The notes beneath the pieces are model-generated. The model saw nothing but the letters and a program-made list of their open reading frames with translations, ran no database searches and was not told the origin of the DNA. Made by a program: the position numbers and the translations under genes. A stretch of 64,000 nucleotides of DNA from Candidatus Eiseniibacteriota bacterium (GTDB taxonomy: Bacteria > Eisenbacteria > RBG-16-71-46), in contig JBGPFC010000014.1 of the NCBI GenBank assembly GCA_041483195.1, positions 29,788 through 93,787 of the forward strand, written 5' to 3'. This document shows, piece after piece, positions 18,105-28,547 of this stretch (the first letter of the stretch is position 1; each line of letters opens with the position of its first letter).

Positions 18105-18959
18105 TTACGCCGCCAGACTCCGCCGGCGATTGACGAGGACCGCCGATCCCATCCCCAGCAGCACGACGACGCAAACGACCAGGCCCCACGTTCCCAGGCC
18201 CGGACCGTCGGCGAGATTGCTGTACTCGATGTTCGTCCACGTGGCGTTGTAGCCAGAGCCACCGCTGCCGTTGTTCACCTGCACCACACCGCCGGCGTGC
18301 GCCGGGTTGAGCGCGCCCCAGAGTCCGTGCGGCGGATTCTCGGACGGATTGCCCTGATCGAATGGCAACAGCGGGCTCGAGTAGCTGTTCGAGCCGTAGG
18401 TCAGCCGGTACTGGATCTTCGCGGGATCCGCCCCGGTGAGCGCGTGAGCCTGGTATTCGATCTCCAACGTGATCGGCGTGCCGGCGACGTAGACCACGCC
18501 GTTGCTCGCCGTGAAGCTGTAGAACGGAAGCCGGCCGCCGAAGCAGGCGACTTCGCCATCGGGAATACGCGCCTGGAATCGGCCGTCCGTCGCGCTCCAC
18601 CACGGCGCGAGTTGGATCCCACCCTCGACCGTGCCGGTGCCCGTGAGCGTGACGGTCGCTTTGAACTTGTAGTTGCCGGCGTTACCGAGGTTGAGCGACG
18701 TCGCGCCGCCATCCCCGCTGAAGGTCCATGCGTGGAGGTTGGCAAACCCAACGCAAAGCCCATTCCACGAATCGGTGATGGACAGCGAGGCCGGGTAGTT
18801 GTTCACGGTGGTGACAGTCGAGAGCGGGCAGTCGTTGTAGATCCGCTCGACGACCCTGATTGAGTTCGGCGGAGGAGCCGCCGACACCGAGGTCGCAATG
18901 CTCACGACCAGTGCGAGTGCCGCAAGAAACGCCAGGCTGGAGTGACCGATCCGCCTCAT
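18105..18959 (-). CDS. Secreted beta-rich protein with IPTL-CTERM-like sorting tail (WG + TM helix + Arg cluster)
   Basis: GGAGG then ATG 18959; signal peptide MRRIGHSSLAFLAALALVVSIATSVSA; tail GPGLGTWGLVVCVVVLLGMGSAVLVNRRRSLAA. Confidence 0.75.
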   Translation of the reverse strand: MRRIGHSSLAFLAALALVVSIATSVSAAPPPNSIRVVERIYNDCPLSTVTTVNNYPASLSITDSWNGLCVGFANLHAWTFSGDGGATSLNLGNAGNYKFKATVTLTGTGTVEGGIQLAPWWSATDGRFQARIPDGEVACFGGRLPFYSFTASNGVVYVAGTPITLEIEYQAHALTGADPAKIQYRLTYGSNSYSSPLLPFDQGNPSENPPHGLWGALNPAHAGGVVQVNNGSGGSGYNATWTNIEYSNLADGPGLGTWGLVVCVVVLLGMGSAVLVNRRRSLAA

Positions 18960-19053
18960 GATGTGTGCCTCCGGGGTAGTGGTGTCTCGCTTCGTCGCGG
19001 ATCCGACGAACACAAGGTGCTTTGCGCTGCGGTCGCGCAAGGCGACCGGCCTG

Positions 19054-19088
19054 TGAAAACCTTTTCATAAGCCAATCATGCGCGTCAA
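19054..19088 (-). promoter_or_regulatory. LacI-type operator 3 with upstream -35
   Basis: Minus strand reads TTGACG (19088-19083)-N15-TGAAAAGGTTTTCA (19067-19054); same spacing as operators 1 and 2. Confidence 0.62.
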
Positions 19089-19436
19089 AGGAATTGTCGA
19101 TTTCCAGACACACGCCGTTCAGTTTCATGCTGTTTCACTCCCGGGATCGCGTCGTGGGGCTCGATCTGCCTCCCAACCATGGACCATTCCATCCGCGAAA
19201 AACGAGCCTCGCGTGGCCCTCGGTGATTTCGAACGCGCCTCGCTCGAGGAGGCTGCGCGCGCTGCCCCCTTCGCGCACCGCAGTCCGGTTCCGAGGTGGC
19301 ACCCTTAAGACGAGCGTCCGGGCGTCACCCGGACCCCCGCGCCCGATGCCCGGTGCGCCGCGCTCGTCGATCAATTCTCGACGCGCGCCGCGACGCGCGG
19401 CAGGTTGAGAGCCTCCCCGTCTTCGGAGGCGCCACG

Positions 19437-20369
19437 ATGACTCGCGGTCTGGCCCTGATGTTCGCGCTCGCCGTCCTGGCCGCGCGGCTCGCGTCCGCCC
19501 AGCAGCTTCCCGATTCGTCGTACGACACTCACGTCGCGCGCCCGGCGTTCGCGGCGAATGGCCCGCGGGTGCTGTTCGACGAGGCCCACCACAACTTCCA
19601 CACCTCCACCGGGCGGTACCTGCCGTTCGCCCGGCTGATGAGCGCGGACGGGTTCCGGCTCGAGCCCAACGCCGCTCCGTTCTCGGCCGCGACGCTGCGC
19701 GGGGCGGACATCCTCGTGATCGCGAACGCGCTCGGACACGAGGCCATGCGCGACACCGCGGCCTCGCATCCGGCGTTCGCCGATTTGGAGTGCATGGCGG
19801 TCCGTGACTGGGTGCGCGGCGGGGGCGCGTTGCTGCTGATCGCCGACCACGCGCCCATGGGTGACGCGGCTCGCGGGCTGGCGTCGCGCTTCGGCGTCGA
19901 CATGCGCGCGGCGTACACCATCGATCCCGAGCACGGCGCAGACGGCAACGCGTCGCTCATCATGTACGCGGAGGGCTACGGGCTCGCGGTCACGCACCCG
20001 ATCATTCGAGGCCGCGACAGCACCGAGCGCGTCACGCGGGTCCTCGCGTTCACCGGGCAGTCGCTCTCGGGGCCGCCCGGCGCGGTGTCGCTGTTGACGC
20101 TGGGCGCGAAGGCCGAGGACCTGCTCGTGCGCCTCGGCGAGGGCATCCAGTCCGTGAGCGGGGACCGCCGCCGCCCGGCCGGAGGGCGATCGCAGGGGCT
20201 CGCGTTCACATTCGGCAGGGGCCGGGTGGTGGTGCTCGGCGAGGCCGCGATGATGAGCGCGCAGCTCGCCGGCCCCAGGCGGATCCCGATGGGGATGAAC
20301 GCGCCGGGCAGCGACGACCGGACATTCGCGCTCAACGTGATGCGCTGGCTCGGCGGCGCGCTGCGCTGA
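19437..20369 (+). CDS. Secreted class I glutamine amidotransferase-like / DUF4350-like protein
   Basis: GGAGG then ATG; signal peptide; RVLFDEAHHNFHT, DILVIANA, WVRGGGALLLIADH, GRGRVVVLGEAAM, FALNVMRWL. Confidence 0.7.
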   Translation: MTRGLALMFALAVLAARLASAQQLPDSSYDTHVARPAFAANGPRVLFDEAHHNFHTSTGRYLPFARLMSADGFRLEPNAAPFSAATLRGADILVIANALGHEAMRDTAASHPAFADLECMAVRDWVRGGGALLLIADHAPMGDAARGLASRFGVDMRAAYTIDPEHGADGNASLIMYAEGYGLAVTHPIIRGRDSTERVTRVLAFTGQSLSGPPGAVSLLTLGAKAEDLLVRLGEGIQSVSGDRRRPAGGRSQGLAFTFGRGRVVVLGEAAMMSAQLAGPRRIPMGMNAPGSDDRTFALNVMRWLGGALR

Positions 20370-20530
20370 GGCACGAGCCGCGGCTGTCATTGATGGCGAG
20401 AGGCCGACCAAACGGCGCGATCGAATTTTGCAGAGTTTCGTTGGGAACAGCGGGCCGGCGATCCTATACTTGTCGCCTGCGGAGGGGTCGATTCCCCGGG
20501 CTCATTTCCGCGCTGGCCTCGAGCGTCGCC

Positions 20531-23443
20531 GTGCCAACTCGATCGGATCACGTTCTTCTCGCCCGCCGCCGCTTCCTGCGTGCGGCCCACGCCGCCGCAC
20601 CGGCGCTGATCCTCGCCCTGCTCGCCCCCGTTTCCGCTCACTCCGCCCCCGCGCCGACTCGGCGTGCGGCTCACATTTCGGCGGCCGGCCAGGCGCTGAT
20701 GCTCGAGATATGGGACGCGGGGGGACTCCGCTCGAACGTATTCGCACAGGAACTCGCGGCGCGGCGCCAGAGCATGGGCGCGGCGTTCGAGCCCGCGCCG
20801 ACCGATCAGCTCGTAGAGGCGCCCGCGCCGGGCATCGAGGCCGGGCCGCCTTTCCTCGCGAACGACGTCAACGTGAACAATCTCGCGCCCGCGGTCTGCG
20901 ACTGCGCGGGCCGCGGCCTCTCCCAGGCCGAGACCACGATCGCCGCGTGGGGCCCTTACGTGCTCGTGAGCTACAACGACAATTCATACTTGTGCAAGGC
21001 TCCCGCCATATGGCCATCGCAGGGGCACGGCTACTCGATGGACTACGGCGCGACGTTTCACGATGGCGGACTGCTCTTCGGTCCCGGTACCGACGAGCTC
21101 TTTCAAGGGGATCCCACCGTCGCGGTCAACAAGAAGACCGGCGCCTTTTATATTTCCGGGCTCCTCAGGAAGAATCCGACGTACCCTGGCGTCGTGGCGC
21201 TCAAGGGGCATTTCGACGCGGACTCGTTCGCGATCGACGTGCGCCGCGACGTCGGCCTCTCCCAGGGCAGCGACTCTTTCGACAAGCCGTGGATGGCCGT
21301 CGACTCGCTGTCGGGAAACGTCTACGTCACGTGGACCAACTTCCGGGCCGACGGCAGCGTCAGGCTCGAGTTGCAGCGCTGCGACGCGGACCTCAACCCG
21401 CTGGGCCCGGTGCAGGTCATCGACGCGCTCAACGACCCGGTCTATTCGCTTCAAGGAACGAATCCCACCGTGGGGCCATCGGGCGAGCTGTACATCCCAT
21501 GGGGACTCTACGACGTGCCGTTCAGCGGCACGCTGGCGGCCCATCAGGTGGTGCGCTCCGACGACTTCGGCGTCACTTTCGGCCCGATCCACACCGTCAG
21601 CTCGCTCGAGTGGGACACGTTCAGCGGCGGTCCGGGGTCTCGACGCGGGTTCGGCGGGATGGACCCCGGGATGGCGGTCGACATGAGCCACGGTCCCCAC
21701 CGCGGGCGAGCCTACATGGTGTGGGACGAGTGCGTGCACTATCAGAACGCGGTGTTCGGGACCGGCACCGCCGCCGTCGGGCGCAACAGCAATTTCTCGA
21801 CGGCGGTCCCGTTCGTTCCCGGCAAGAAGATCCGCGGCACCTTTGCGAACGGAGCCACGCACGTCTTCGCCTTCACCGGCCACGCCGGGCAGACGTTCGT
21901 CCTGCGCAGGGATTCGCTCGAGGTGTCGAACTTCGCGCTGCGGATCATGTGCTCCAGCAACACCGACGCGACGACGCTCGCGAACTACCACACGCTGGTC
22001 TTCGCGCCGGGCATCTCGGAGGGCGGGGCGGTGTGCGGCCTCCCCTACGACGGCACCTACTACGTCTGGCTCGGCCCGATCAGCGGCCAGGTGCCGCCCG
22101 GCGCCTACGCACTCTCGACCGCGTTCTACACGCCGGGACCGGGCGAGCTGGCGCGCGACCAGCGCGACGAGGCGTTCTCGTATTCGGACGACGGCGCCAG
22201 CTGGAGCGCGCCGATCCGTCTCAACGACAGCGCGCCGGGATTCGACGGCTGCTTCCCCGCGGTGACGGTGGACGGGCTCGGGCGCGTGCACGCGTTCTGG
22301 CTCGACTGGCGATCCGATCCCGGCTGCGGGGACATCTCCGACACCTACATGACGTCATCGGGAGACGGCGGATTGACGTGGGGCGCCAACCGGCGCTTGA
22401 GCGACGTCTCGTCGTACTGGAGCTACCTCGGTGCTTGCTCGAACGCGAACCAGGGCGATTACGAGCAGATCGCCGCCGACGGCGATCGCATCTACGCGGC
22501 CTTCCCCGATTCGCGCAACGGGAACCCCGACGTGTACGTGGACGCGGCCGTGAACCGCATGACCTCGAGCTGTCCGGCCGGCGGCCCGATCCAGCCGGGC
22601 GCGGACAACCCGGTCACGTTCCATCTCACCAATGGTGGCAACTTCGATACGCCCCTCGCCTGGAGAATCGTGGACGACGCGGGCTGGCTCACGGGAGCGA
22701 CCCCCGGCGTGTCGGGCACGCAGGGCCTTGCCGCGAACGGCGGAACTCTGACCGTGGCGGCCACGCTCCATCCGCCGCTCGGTTGCGTCGGGGACTCATC
22801 GCGGGTCCGGTTCATCACGTCCGACCCGTTCATCCCGGGACGGTTCGATACCTGTGTCACCGTGGTACGTTGCGAGGTCGTGGTCCCGGCCCTGATTTCG
22901 CTGGTGGGTGCCGACGCCGCTCCGAATCGCGTGACGCTGACCTGGTATCGCGGGGAGGGTGGCCCGTTCGACGGCACGATTCAGCGCCGGCGCACGGACG
23001 ATGACTGGGCGGACATCGGCCAGGCGTCGTCGGACGGCACCGGCCGGGTTCGCTTCGTGGACGATGGCGTCGCGCCGGGGAACCGGTACGGCTATCGCCT
23101 GAGCTGGCTCGAAGCGGGCGCGGCGATGTCGAGCCCGGTGTCGTGGATCGACGTGCCGGTCGCGTTCTCGCTCTCGTTCTCGGCGCCGAGTCCCAACCCG
23201 AGCGCGGGACCGACGCGCCTGCGTTACGTGTTGCCGCGCCGCGGCCCGGTGCGGCTCGACCTGTTCGCAACGAGCGGCGCCCGGGTGCGCATGCTCGAAT
23301 CGGGGGCGCGCGAGGCCGGCGCGCACGACGTGACGTGGGACGGGGCGGATGACCGCGGACGGCGGGTGCCCCCCGGCGCCTACCTCGCCCAGCTGGTCAC
23401 CGAGGGCGGCACGATGCGGAGGATGCTGATCGTCGTCCGCTGA
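20531..23443 (+). CDS. Secreted sialidase-like/BNR beta-propeller protein with inserted beta-sandwich, FN3-like and FlgD/T9SS-like C-terminal domains
   Basis: Asp-boxes SMDYGATF, SDDFGVTF, SDDGASW, SGDGGLTW; DKPWMAVD, GDY; CTD PSPNPS...WDGADDRGRRVPPGAYLAQL. Start placed at GTG 20531 because of a TTGGGA-N18-TATACT promoter at 20441-20470. Confidence 0.75.
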   Translation: MPTRSDHVLLARRRFLRAAHAAAPALILALLAPVSAHSAPAPTRRAAHISAAGQALMLEIWDAGGLRSNVFAQELAARRQSMGAAFEPAPTDQLVEAPAPGIEAGPPFLANDVNVNNLAPAVCDCAGRGLSQAETTIAAWGPYVLVSYNDNSYLCKAPAIWPSQGHGYSMDYGATFHDGGLLFGPGTDELFQGDPTVAVNKKTGAFYISGLLRKNPTYPGVVALKGHFDADSFAIDVRRDVGLSQGSDSFDKPWMAVDSLSGNVYVTWTNFRADGSVRLELQRCDADLNPLGPVQVIDALNDPVYSLQGTNPTVGPSGELYIPWGLYDVPFSGTLAAHQVVRSDDFGVTFGPIHTVSSLEWDTFSGGPGSRRGFGGMDPGMAVDMSHGPHRGRAYMVWDECVHYQNAVFGTGTAAVGRNSNFSTAVPFVPGKKIRGTFANGATHVFAFTGHAGQTFVLRRDSLEVSNFALRIMCSSNTDATTLANYHTLVFAPGISEGGAVCGLPYDGTYYVWLGPISGQVPPGAYALSTAFYTPGPGELARDQRDEAFSYSDDGASWSAPIRLNDSAPGFDGCFPAVTVDGLGRVHAFWLDWRSDPGCGDISDTYMTSSGDGGLTWGANRRLSDVSSYWSYLGACSNANQGDYEQIAADGDRIYAAFPDSRNGNPDVYVDAAVNRMTSSCPAGGPIQPGADNPVTFHLTNGGNFDTPLAWRIVDDAGWLTGATPGVSGTQGLAANGGTLTVAATLHPPLGCVGDSSRVRFITSDPFIPGRFDTCVTVVRCEVVVPALISLVGADAAPNRVTLTWYRGEGGPFDGTIQRRRTDDDWADIGQASSDGTGRVRFVDDGVAPGNRYGYRLSWLEAGAAMSSPVSWIDVPVAFSLSFSAPSPNPSAGPTRLRYVLPRRGPVRLDLFATSGARVRMLESGAREAGAHDVTWDGADDRGRRVPPGAYLAQLVTEGGTMRRMLIVVR

Positions 23444-23449
23444 GGCTCC

Positions 23450-23480
23450 TCCCCTCGACGCGCTGGCGGCGTCGAGGGGA
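23450..23480. terminator. Hairpin between convergent genes
   Basis: TCCCCTCGACGC-N7-GCGTCGAGGGGA, perfect 12 bp stem. Confidence 0.6.
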
Positions 23481-23517
23481 AGGGCGGGCGCGACCGGTCG
23501 CGCGATCAGCGTTCGCC

Positions 23518-25926
23518 TCACACGTAGGCCAGCGCTTCGCGAACCGTCATGCGCGATGCGCTCAGCGCCGGCACCGCGGTCGCGACGGCGGATGAAAGCA
23601 GCGCAACCGCCAGCCACGTGAGCGCCGCGGGGAGCGACATCACGAGCGGCAGCGGCGCGCGGAAGGCCAGCCCGCCGACCAGCGCACCGACTCCGGTCGA
23701 GAGCGGGACCGCGAGCGCGATCGCGATCAGGCCGCTCGTCGCGCCCACGAACAGCCCTTCCCCGAGGATGACGCGCAGCACCATCGAGCGCGTCGCCCCC
23801 ACGGCCTGCATGACACCGAGCTCGCGCATCCGCTCGAGCACGCTGGTGCTCATGGCCGCGCCGAGTCCCAGCACGCCCACCACGCTCATGAGTCCCGCCA
23901 GCATCATGATCACGCCGAGCAGGATGGCCATGTGCTCGCCCACCGCGGTCACCAGCTCCTCGACCGGCAGGAAGAACTCGATGCCCAACCCAGCGCCTTC
24001 GACCGCCTGCTCCGTCCGCCGGATGATCGCGGCGCGGCCGGCCGCGTCGTTGGCGAGCGTGGCCACGCGCAGGAGTCGCGTCGCGCCGGGGGTGCGCGTC
24101 ACGCCCTGGAATGTGGCAGCGGAGACGTACGCGGTCGCTGGCGAGCCGATGTCACGGACCAGTCCGACCACGCGCCAGGTGTGAGCCGCCCCGTCGACCG
24201 AGATCGTCACCGAGCGGCCGACCGCGGCCCTGGGTGCCGCCGCGGCGGCCATGTGATTGAGGACCACGACCCCGTCGTCACCGGGCTCGAGCCAGCGCCC
24301 GGCGAGCAGCGGGAAGTTCACGAGCCGGGTGTCGGGCGGCGTTCCCACCACGCGAAAGGCGTTGTGTCCCTTGTCGGGATAGGTGTGGATCACCTCAACG
24401 CCGGGGTCGGCTCCCCACGACGCATCGGCCAGGCCCCACGCTTCGGCCGTGCCGACACCGGGCACCGCGCGCACCACGCCGACCGCCTTCTCGATCGGCT
24501 CCGGCCGCTGGAAACGGATCTCGAGATCGTATTTCCGGCCGGTGTTCACCTCGCCGAGCCGCACCGACCAGGCCTTCGCGGTGTTCATGCCGGTCAGGAA
24601 CATCGCGCCGCCCGATGAGAGCAGGCCGAGCGTCATGAGCAGGCGCGCCCGGCGACGGAACGCATTGCGAATTCCGAGGCGCACGAGCATGTCGAGGCCC
24701 TGCAGCCCGCCGAGCCACGCATCGACGCGGCGGGTGCCGAATGACTCCTGGTCGGCCCCCGAGTCGTGGATGGCTTCGCGCACGGTCATGCGGCTCGCAC
24801 GCAGTACCGGAATCGCGGCCGCGCCGAACGGGACGAGCAGCCCGGCCGCGCACTGCACGGCGAGCACCCACCACGGTATGAAGGTGCTCGCGATTCCGAT
24901 GTTGAGGTCGGCGGCCGTCGTGCTCGCGAGCGCTCGCGCGACGAACCGCGACGAGGGCACCGCGATCGAGAGCGCGGCGATCCCAAGCACCAGCATCATC
25001 GCCATGTAGAGCCCGGCGATCTGGCCTTCGCGCGCGCCGATCGTCTTCATGACTCCGATCTCACGCACCTGGCGCACCATCATCGCCGACACCATGCTCC
25101 CGACGAGCACTCCGCTCAGCAGCAGGGCCGCGAGGGAGAATCCGTTGAGCATGAGCATGATGGCCTCCATCTGGCCCTGATGCGGGTGCCGGGCGGGCGG
25201 AGGAATCTGGATCTGGCTCACGACGTGTCCCTGTCCGCGCAACAGCTCGGCCACCCGCCGCGCCGTGCCTTCGATGGCCGCCGCATTCATCGGCGCTCGA
25301 GCCTCCACGATCTTCACTTCGTCGAGCGTTCCCCTCCCGTCGATGAGCGCGAGGGTCGCCGGGGTGATGTAGGCCCACACCGTCCGCTCCATCTGCGCCG
25401 GCGCGAGCCCGGAGTCCCAGACCGTGCCCGCGAGCTTCACGGAAGTGGGCCGGCCGTGCGGTGTCTTGACCATCACGCGCTCGCCGAGCCGCGCCCCGGT
25501 CAGGGCCAGCGCCATGTGGTCGACGAGCATCGTCCCCGTGGGCGGCGGCCACTCGCCTTCGAGGCGGGTGAACGACGAGAGCCGCATCGCGCTGAAATCG
25601 GGCACCACGAACAACAGGAGCGGCCGCCAGTCGTCGCCCACGCGCACGCGCGCGAGGACGGTCGCGCGCGCCTCGGCCGCCGCGACGCCGGGCTGAGCGC
25701 GCACCTCGTCGATGAGCGGAGCGTCCACCGAATCCGTCTCGAGCGTCGCCGAAGCCGGATTCGTGGCCCGGTAGGCCCGCGTCAGCTCACGCGAGAGCAC
25801 CGAGTACGCACCGAGCGTCGTGCCCAGCGCGAACAGGCTCGCCGCCACGGCGACGATCAGAAGAATCATGCGACCGCGGCTGGACCACAGGTCACGCCGC
25901 ACCTTCTGCCAGCGAGCGCTAAGCAT
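23518..25926 (-). CDS. ABC transporter permease, FtsX/MacB family with duplicated MacB-PCD/FtsX halves
   Basis: [11 protein letters not shown] and [14 protein letters not shown] motifs; C-terminal [11 protein letters not shown]. Confidence 0.9.
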   Translation of the reverse strand: MLSARWQKVRRDLWSSRGRMILLIVAVAASLFALGTTLGAYSVLSRELTRAYRATNPASATLETDSVDAPLIDEVRAQPGVAAAEARATVLARVRVGDDWRPLLLFVVPDFSAMRLSSFTRLEGEWPPPTGTMLVDHMALALTGARLGERVMVKTPHGRPTSVKLAGTVWDSGLAPAQMERTVWAYITPATLALIDGRGTLDEVKIVEARAPMNAAAIEGTARRVAELLRGQGHVVSQIQIPPPARHPHQGQMEAIMLMLNGFSLAALLLSGVLVGSMVSAMMVRQVREIGVMKTIGAREGQIAGLYMAMMLVLGIAALSIAVPSSRFVARALASTTAADLNIGIASTFIPWWVLAVQCAAGLLVPFGAAAIPVLRASRMTVREAIHDSGADQESFGTRRVDAWLGGLQGLDMLVRLGIRNAFRRRARLLMTLGLLSSGGAMFLTGMNTAKAWSVRLGEVNTGRKYDLEIRFQRPEPIEKAVGVVRAVPGVGTAEAWGLADASWGADPGVEVIHTYPDKGHNAFRVVGTPPDTRLVNFPLLAGRWLEPGDDGVVVLNHMAAAAAPRAAVGRSVTISVDGAAHTWRVVGLVRDIGSPATAYVSAATFQGVTRTPGATRLLRVATLANDAAGRAAIIRRTEQAVEGAGLGIEFFLPVEELVTAVGEHMAILLGVIMMLAGLMSVVGVLGLGAAMSTSVLERMRELGVMQAVGATRSMVLRVILGEGLFVGATSGLIAIALAVPLSTGVGALVGGLAFRAPLPLVMSLPAALTWLAVALLSSAVATAVPALSASRMTVREALAYV

Positions 25927-26656
25927 GGGCCACCTCCCTGCCGTCGTACTGCGCCCGAGATTCGTCGGCCACGATCAGGCCGTCGTCGATGCGGATGATG
26001 CGCTTCACCCAGCGTGCGACGTTGGGATCGTGGGTCACCACCACCACGGTCTTCCCGTCCGCCGCCAGCGCGCGGAACAGCTCCCACACCGCCTGACCGG
26101 TCCGGGAATCGAGATTGCCCGTCGGCTCGTCCGCCACGAGCAGCGGCGGGTCGTTGGCCAGCGCCCGGGCGATGGCCGCGCGCTGCTGTTGCCCGCCGGA
26201 GAGCGCGAGCGGCAGCTTGTCGGCCTGGTCGGCGATGCCGACACGCTCCAGCAGCGCGAGCGCACGCGGCCTGCGCTCGGCGACCGGATACGTTTCGCAG
26301 AAATCCATCGGCAACGCGACGTTCTCTGCCACCGTGAGCGTCGGCAGCAGCTGGAAGAACTGGAAGACTACGCCCACGTTGCGTCCCCGCCAGCCGGCGA
26401 GCCGGCTCTCGCCGAGTGCGTGGACCGCGGTGCCGGCGATGAACACCTCGCCGCGCGTCGGCCGGTCGATCCCGGCGATGATGTTCATCAGGGTCGACTT
26501 CCCGCTCCCGGACCGCCCGACCACGGCGGCCAGCTCGCCCCCGCGCACCTGGAGGTCGACGCCGCCGAGGGCCCGCAGCGCGCCCGATGGAGCGTCGTAG
26601 TCCTTGATGATGGCGTGCAGGTCGATGACGGGTTGTTCGATCTGGATCCTCGGGAT
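25919..26656 (-). CDS. ABC transporter ATP-binding protein (LolD/MacB-type), apparent ATC start
   Basis: Walker [46 protein letters not shown] is followed only by ATC codons (26659/26656). Confidence 0.85.
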   Translation of the reverse strand: MPRIQIEQPVIDLHAIIKDYDAPSGALRALGGVDLQVRGGELAAVVGRSGSGKSTLMNIIAGIDRPTRGEVFIAGTAVHALGESRLAGWRGRNVGVVFQFFQLLPTLTVAENVALPMDFCETYPVAERRPRALALLERVGIADQADKLPLALSGGQQQRAAIARALANDPPLLVADEPTGNLDSRTGQAVWELFRALAADGKTVVVVTHDPNVARWVKRIIRIDDGLIVADESRAQYDGREVAHA

Positions 26657-26709
26657 GATGGGCCTCCTTTCGAAACGTCGTGTTTTCTTCTGGACTCTTT
26701 GTCCGCTGT

Positions 26710-26724
26710 TGAATATGGTGTTCA
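26710..26724. promoter_or_regulatory. Putative TetR operator
   Basis: Imperfect palindrome TGAATA-TGG-TGTTCA in the AT-rich spacer between the divergent TetR and ABC genes. Confidence 0.4.
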
Positions 26725-26815
26725 GTAACTGACGACACAATCGACAACGTGGCGCGGTTCGTCCGAAAGCGGACAAATGGGCGCCAACCGTCCAGGCAAA
26801 GTGAGGGGAGCGAAG

Positions 26816-27406
26816 ATGGCGGAGCGGAAGGAAGACCGACGGATCCAGCGGACGCGTCTCATGCTGAGATCGGCGATGACGTCCTTGATCCGGGAGAAGG
26901 GGTTCGAGGCGCTCACCGTGCAGGACATCATCGACCGCGCCAACGTGGGGCGCTCGACCTTCTACACGCACTTCAAGAGCAAGGAGGATCTGTTGACCGG
27001 CAGCGTCGAGATGATGCGATCGACGCTCAGGAAATTTCAGCGCCAGGCGCGCGGTGGATCCGCGAGCGCCCGGGAGCGCATGTTCGCCTTCGCACACGAG
27101 CTGTTCGCGCATGCGGAACAGCACCGGGACGTCTTCGCCGCGATGGCGGGCAAGCGGAGCGGCACCGTCTTTCAGCAGCACCTGCACCGGATGCTGGCGG
27201 AGCTCGTGCGCGAAGACGTGGACTCCACGGCCTCGCGCAGGAAACGCGATGCCGTGCACGTGCAGGCGGCGGTGCAGTTCGTGGCGGGCGGCCTGCTCGG
27301 GCTGCTGGTGTCATGGCAGGACGATCTCCCTCAAGTGTCCGTCGTCGATCTCGACGCCCTCTTCCGGCGGATGGCCATCCCCGCCGTCGAGGCCGTTCTG
27401 AGCTGA
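26816..27406 (+). CDS. TetR/AcrR-family regulator
   Basis: DRRIQRTR...[33 protein letters not shown]. Confidence 0.92.
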   Translation: MAERKEDRRIQRTRLMLRSAMTSLIREKGFEALTVQDIIDRANVGRSTFYTHFKSKEDLLTGSVEMMRSTLRKFQRQARGGSASARERMFAFAHELFAHAEQHRDVFAAMAGKRSGTVFQQHLHRMLAELVREDVDSTASRRKRDAVHVQAAVQFVAGGLLGLLVSWQDDLPQVSVVDLDALFRRMAIPAVEAVLS

Positions 27407-27464
27407 GGCCGGCGCGCTCGGACGGCGCTGGGAGCGAGGCCTCGTCGTGTGATTCAATGCCGGG

Positions 27465-28517
27465 GTGAGCGGCCCATCCACGCGTTTCGCTCTCTCCCGC
27501 CCGGTGCTGGCTTCGCTGGCGGCGGCGCTCCTGTTCGGAGCATCGACTCCGCTGGCGAAGGCGCTGCTCTCATCGATCGCTCCGCTCACCCTCGCAGGGC
27601 TGCTCTATCTCGGCGCCGCGATCGGCGCGCTGCCGTTCGCGTTTCGGGGCGGCTCCGGCGAACTCCGGCGTGATCCCCGGCAGCGGCGCCTGCTCGGATT
27701 CGCGGTGATCTTCGGCGGCGGCATCGCCCCGGTCCTGCTGCTGCTGGGCCTTCGTGCTGCGCCCGCCGCGTCGGTCTCGCTGTGGCTCAACACGGAGGTC
27801 ATCGCGACGGCGCTGCTGGCGTGGACGTTCTTTCACGAGCATCTCGACCGCCGCACGGTGCTGGCCGGGGGCCTCGTGCTCGCGGGCGGCATCATCCTCG
27901 CGGCGCCCGAGGGCGCGGCGGGTTGGAAGGCGGGAGCGCTGGTCGCCGGCGCATGCGTGTGCTGGGGGATGGACAACAACCTCACGGCGCTCGTGAGCGG
28001 GTTCACTCCAGCTCAGACGACGGTGGCGAAGGGCCTGATCGCGGGGACGGTCAATCTCGCGCTCGGGCTCTCGCTCGGGCAGCACTTCCCAGGCGCCGCG
28101 CGAGCCGGCGCGGCCCTCGGAGTCGGAGCGGTCAGCTACGGCCTCTCGATCATGCTCTACATCTTCGGCGCCCAGCAGCTGGGCGCCACCCGCTCCCAGC
28201 TGCTGTTCGCCACCTCGCCCTTCCTGGGCGTGATCCTGGCGTGGACGCTGTTCCACGAGCGCGTCCAGCCGGCGCAGCTCGCGTCGGCTCCCTGCATCGC
28301 CGCGGGGATCTACTTCATGCTGACCGCGCGCCACGGGCACGGGCACGCCCACGAGGCGATGACGCACACGCACAGCCACCGGCACGACGACGGACACCAC
28401 ACGCACGTCCACCCGGGGCTACCGGCGTGGGTGCGGCATACGCATCCGCACGAACACGAACCGATGGTCCACGACCATCCGCACGTGCCGGATCTGCACC
28501 ATCGGCATTCGCACTGA
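27465..28517 (+). CDS. EamA/DMT transporter with His-rich C-terminal tail
   Basis: About 10 TM helices, LFGASTPLAK, WGMDNNLT; tail HGHGHAHEAMTHTHSHRHDDGHHTH...HHRHSH. Confidence 0.88.
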   Translation: MSGPSTRFALSRPVLASLAAALLFGASTPLAKALLSSIAPLTLAGLLYLGAAIGALPFAFRGGSGELRRDPRQRRLLGFAVIFGGGIAPVLLLLGLRAAPAASVSLWLNTEVIATALLAWTFFHEHLDRRTVLAGGLVLAGGIILAAPEGAAGWKAGALVAGACVCWGMDNNLTALVSGFTPAQTTVAKGLIAGTVNLALGLSLGQHFPGAARAGAALGVGAVSYGLSIMLYIFGAQQLGATRSQLLFATSPFLGVILAWTLFHERVQPAQLASAPCIAAGIYFMLTARHGHGHAHEAMTHTHSHRHDDGHHTHVHPGLPAWVRHTHPHEHEPMVHDHPHVPDLHHRHSH

Positions 28518-28547
28518 GACCGGCCGGCGGTATCTCGAATCCGCGAC

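Noticed and set aside
18965..19050. Structured leader containing CGCAAAGC, reminiscent of a c-di-GMP-I riboswitch
   Set aside because: Two small hairpins are present, but the GNRA tetraloop stem and GGCAAA element are not seen; an Infernal/Rfam scan would settle it
25919..27259. 446 aa ABC ATPase overlapping the TetR gene, or a pseudogene call
   Set aside because: The extension is antisense to TetR; the NBD itself is intact, with a strong SD at 26663-26670
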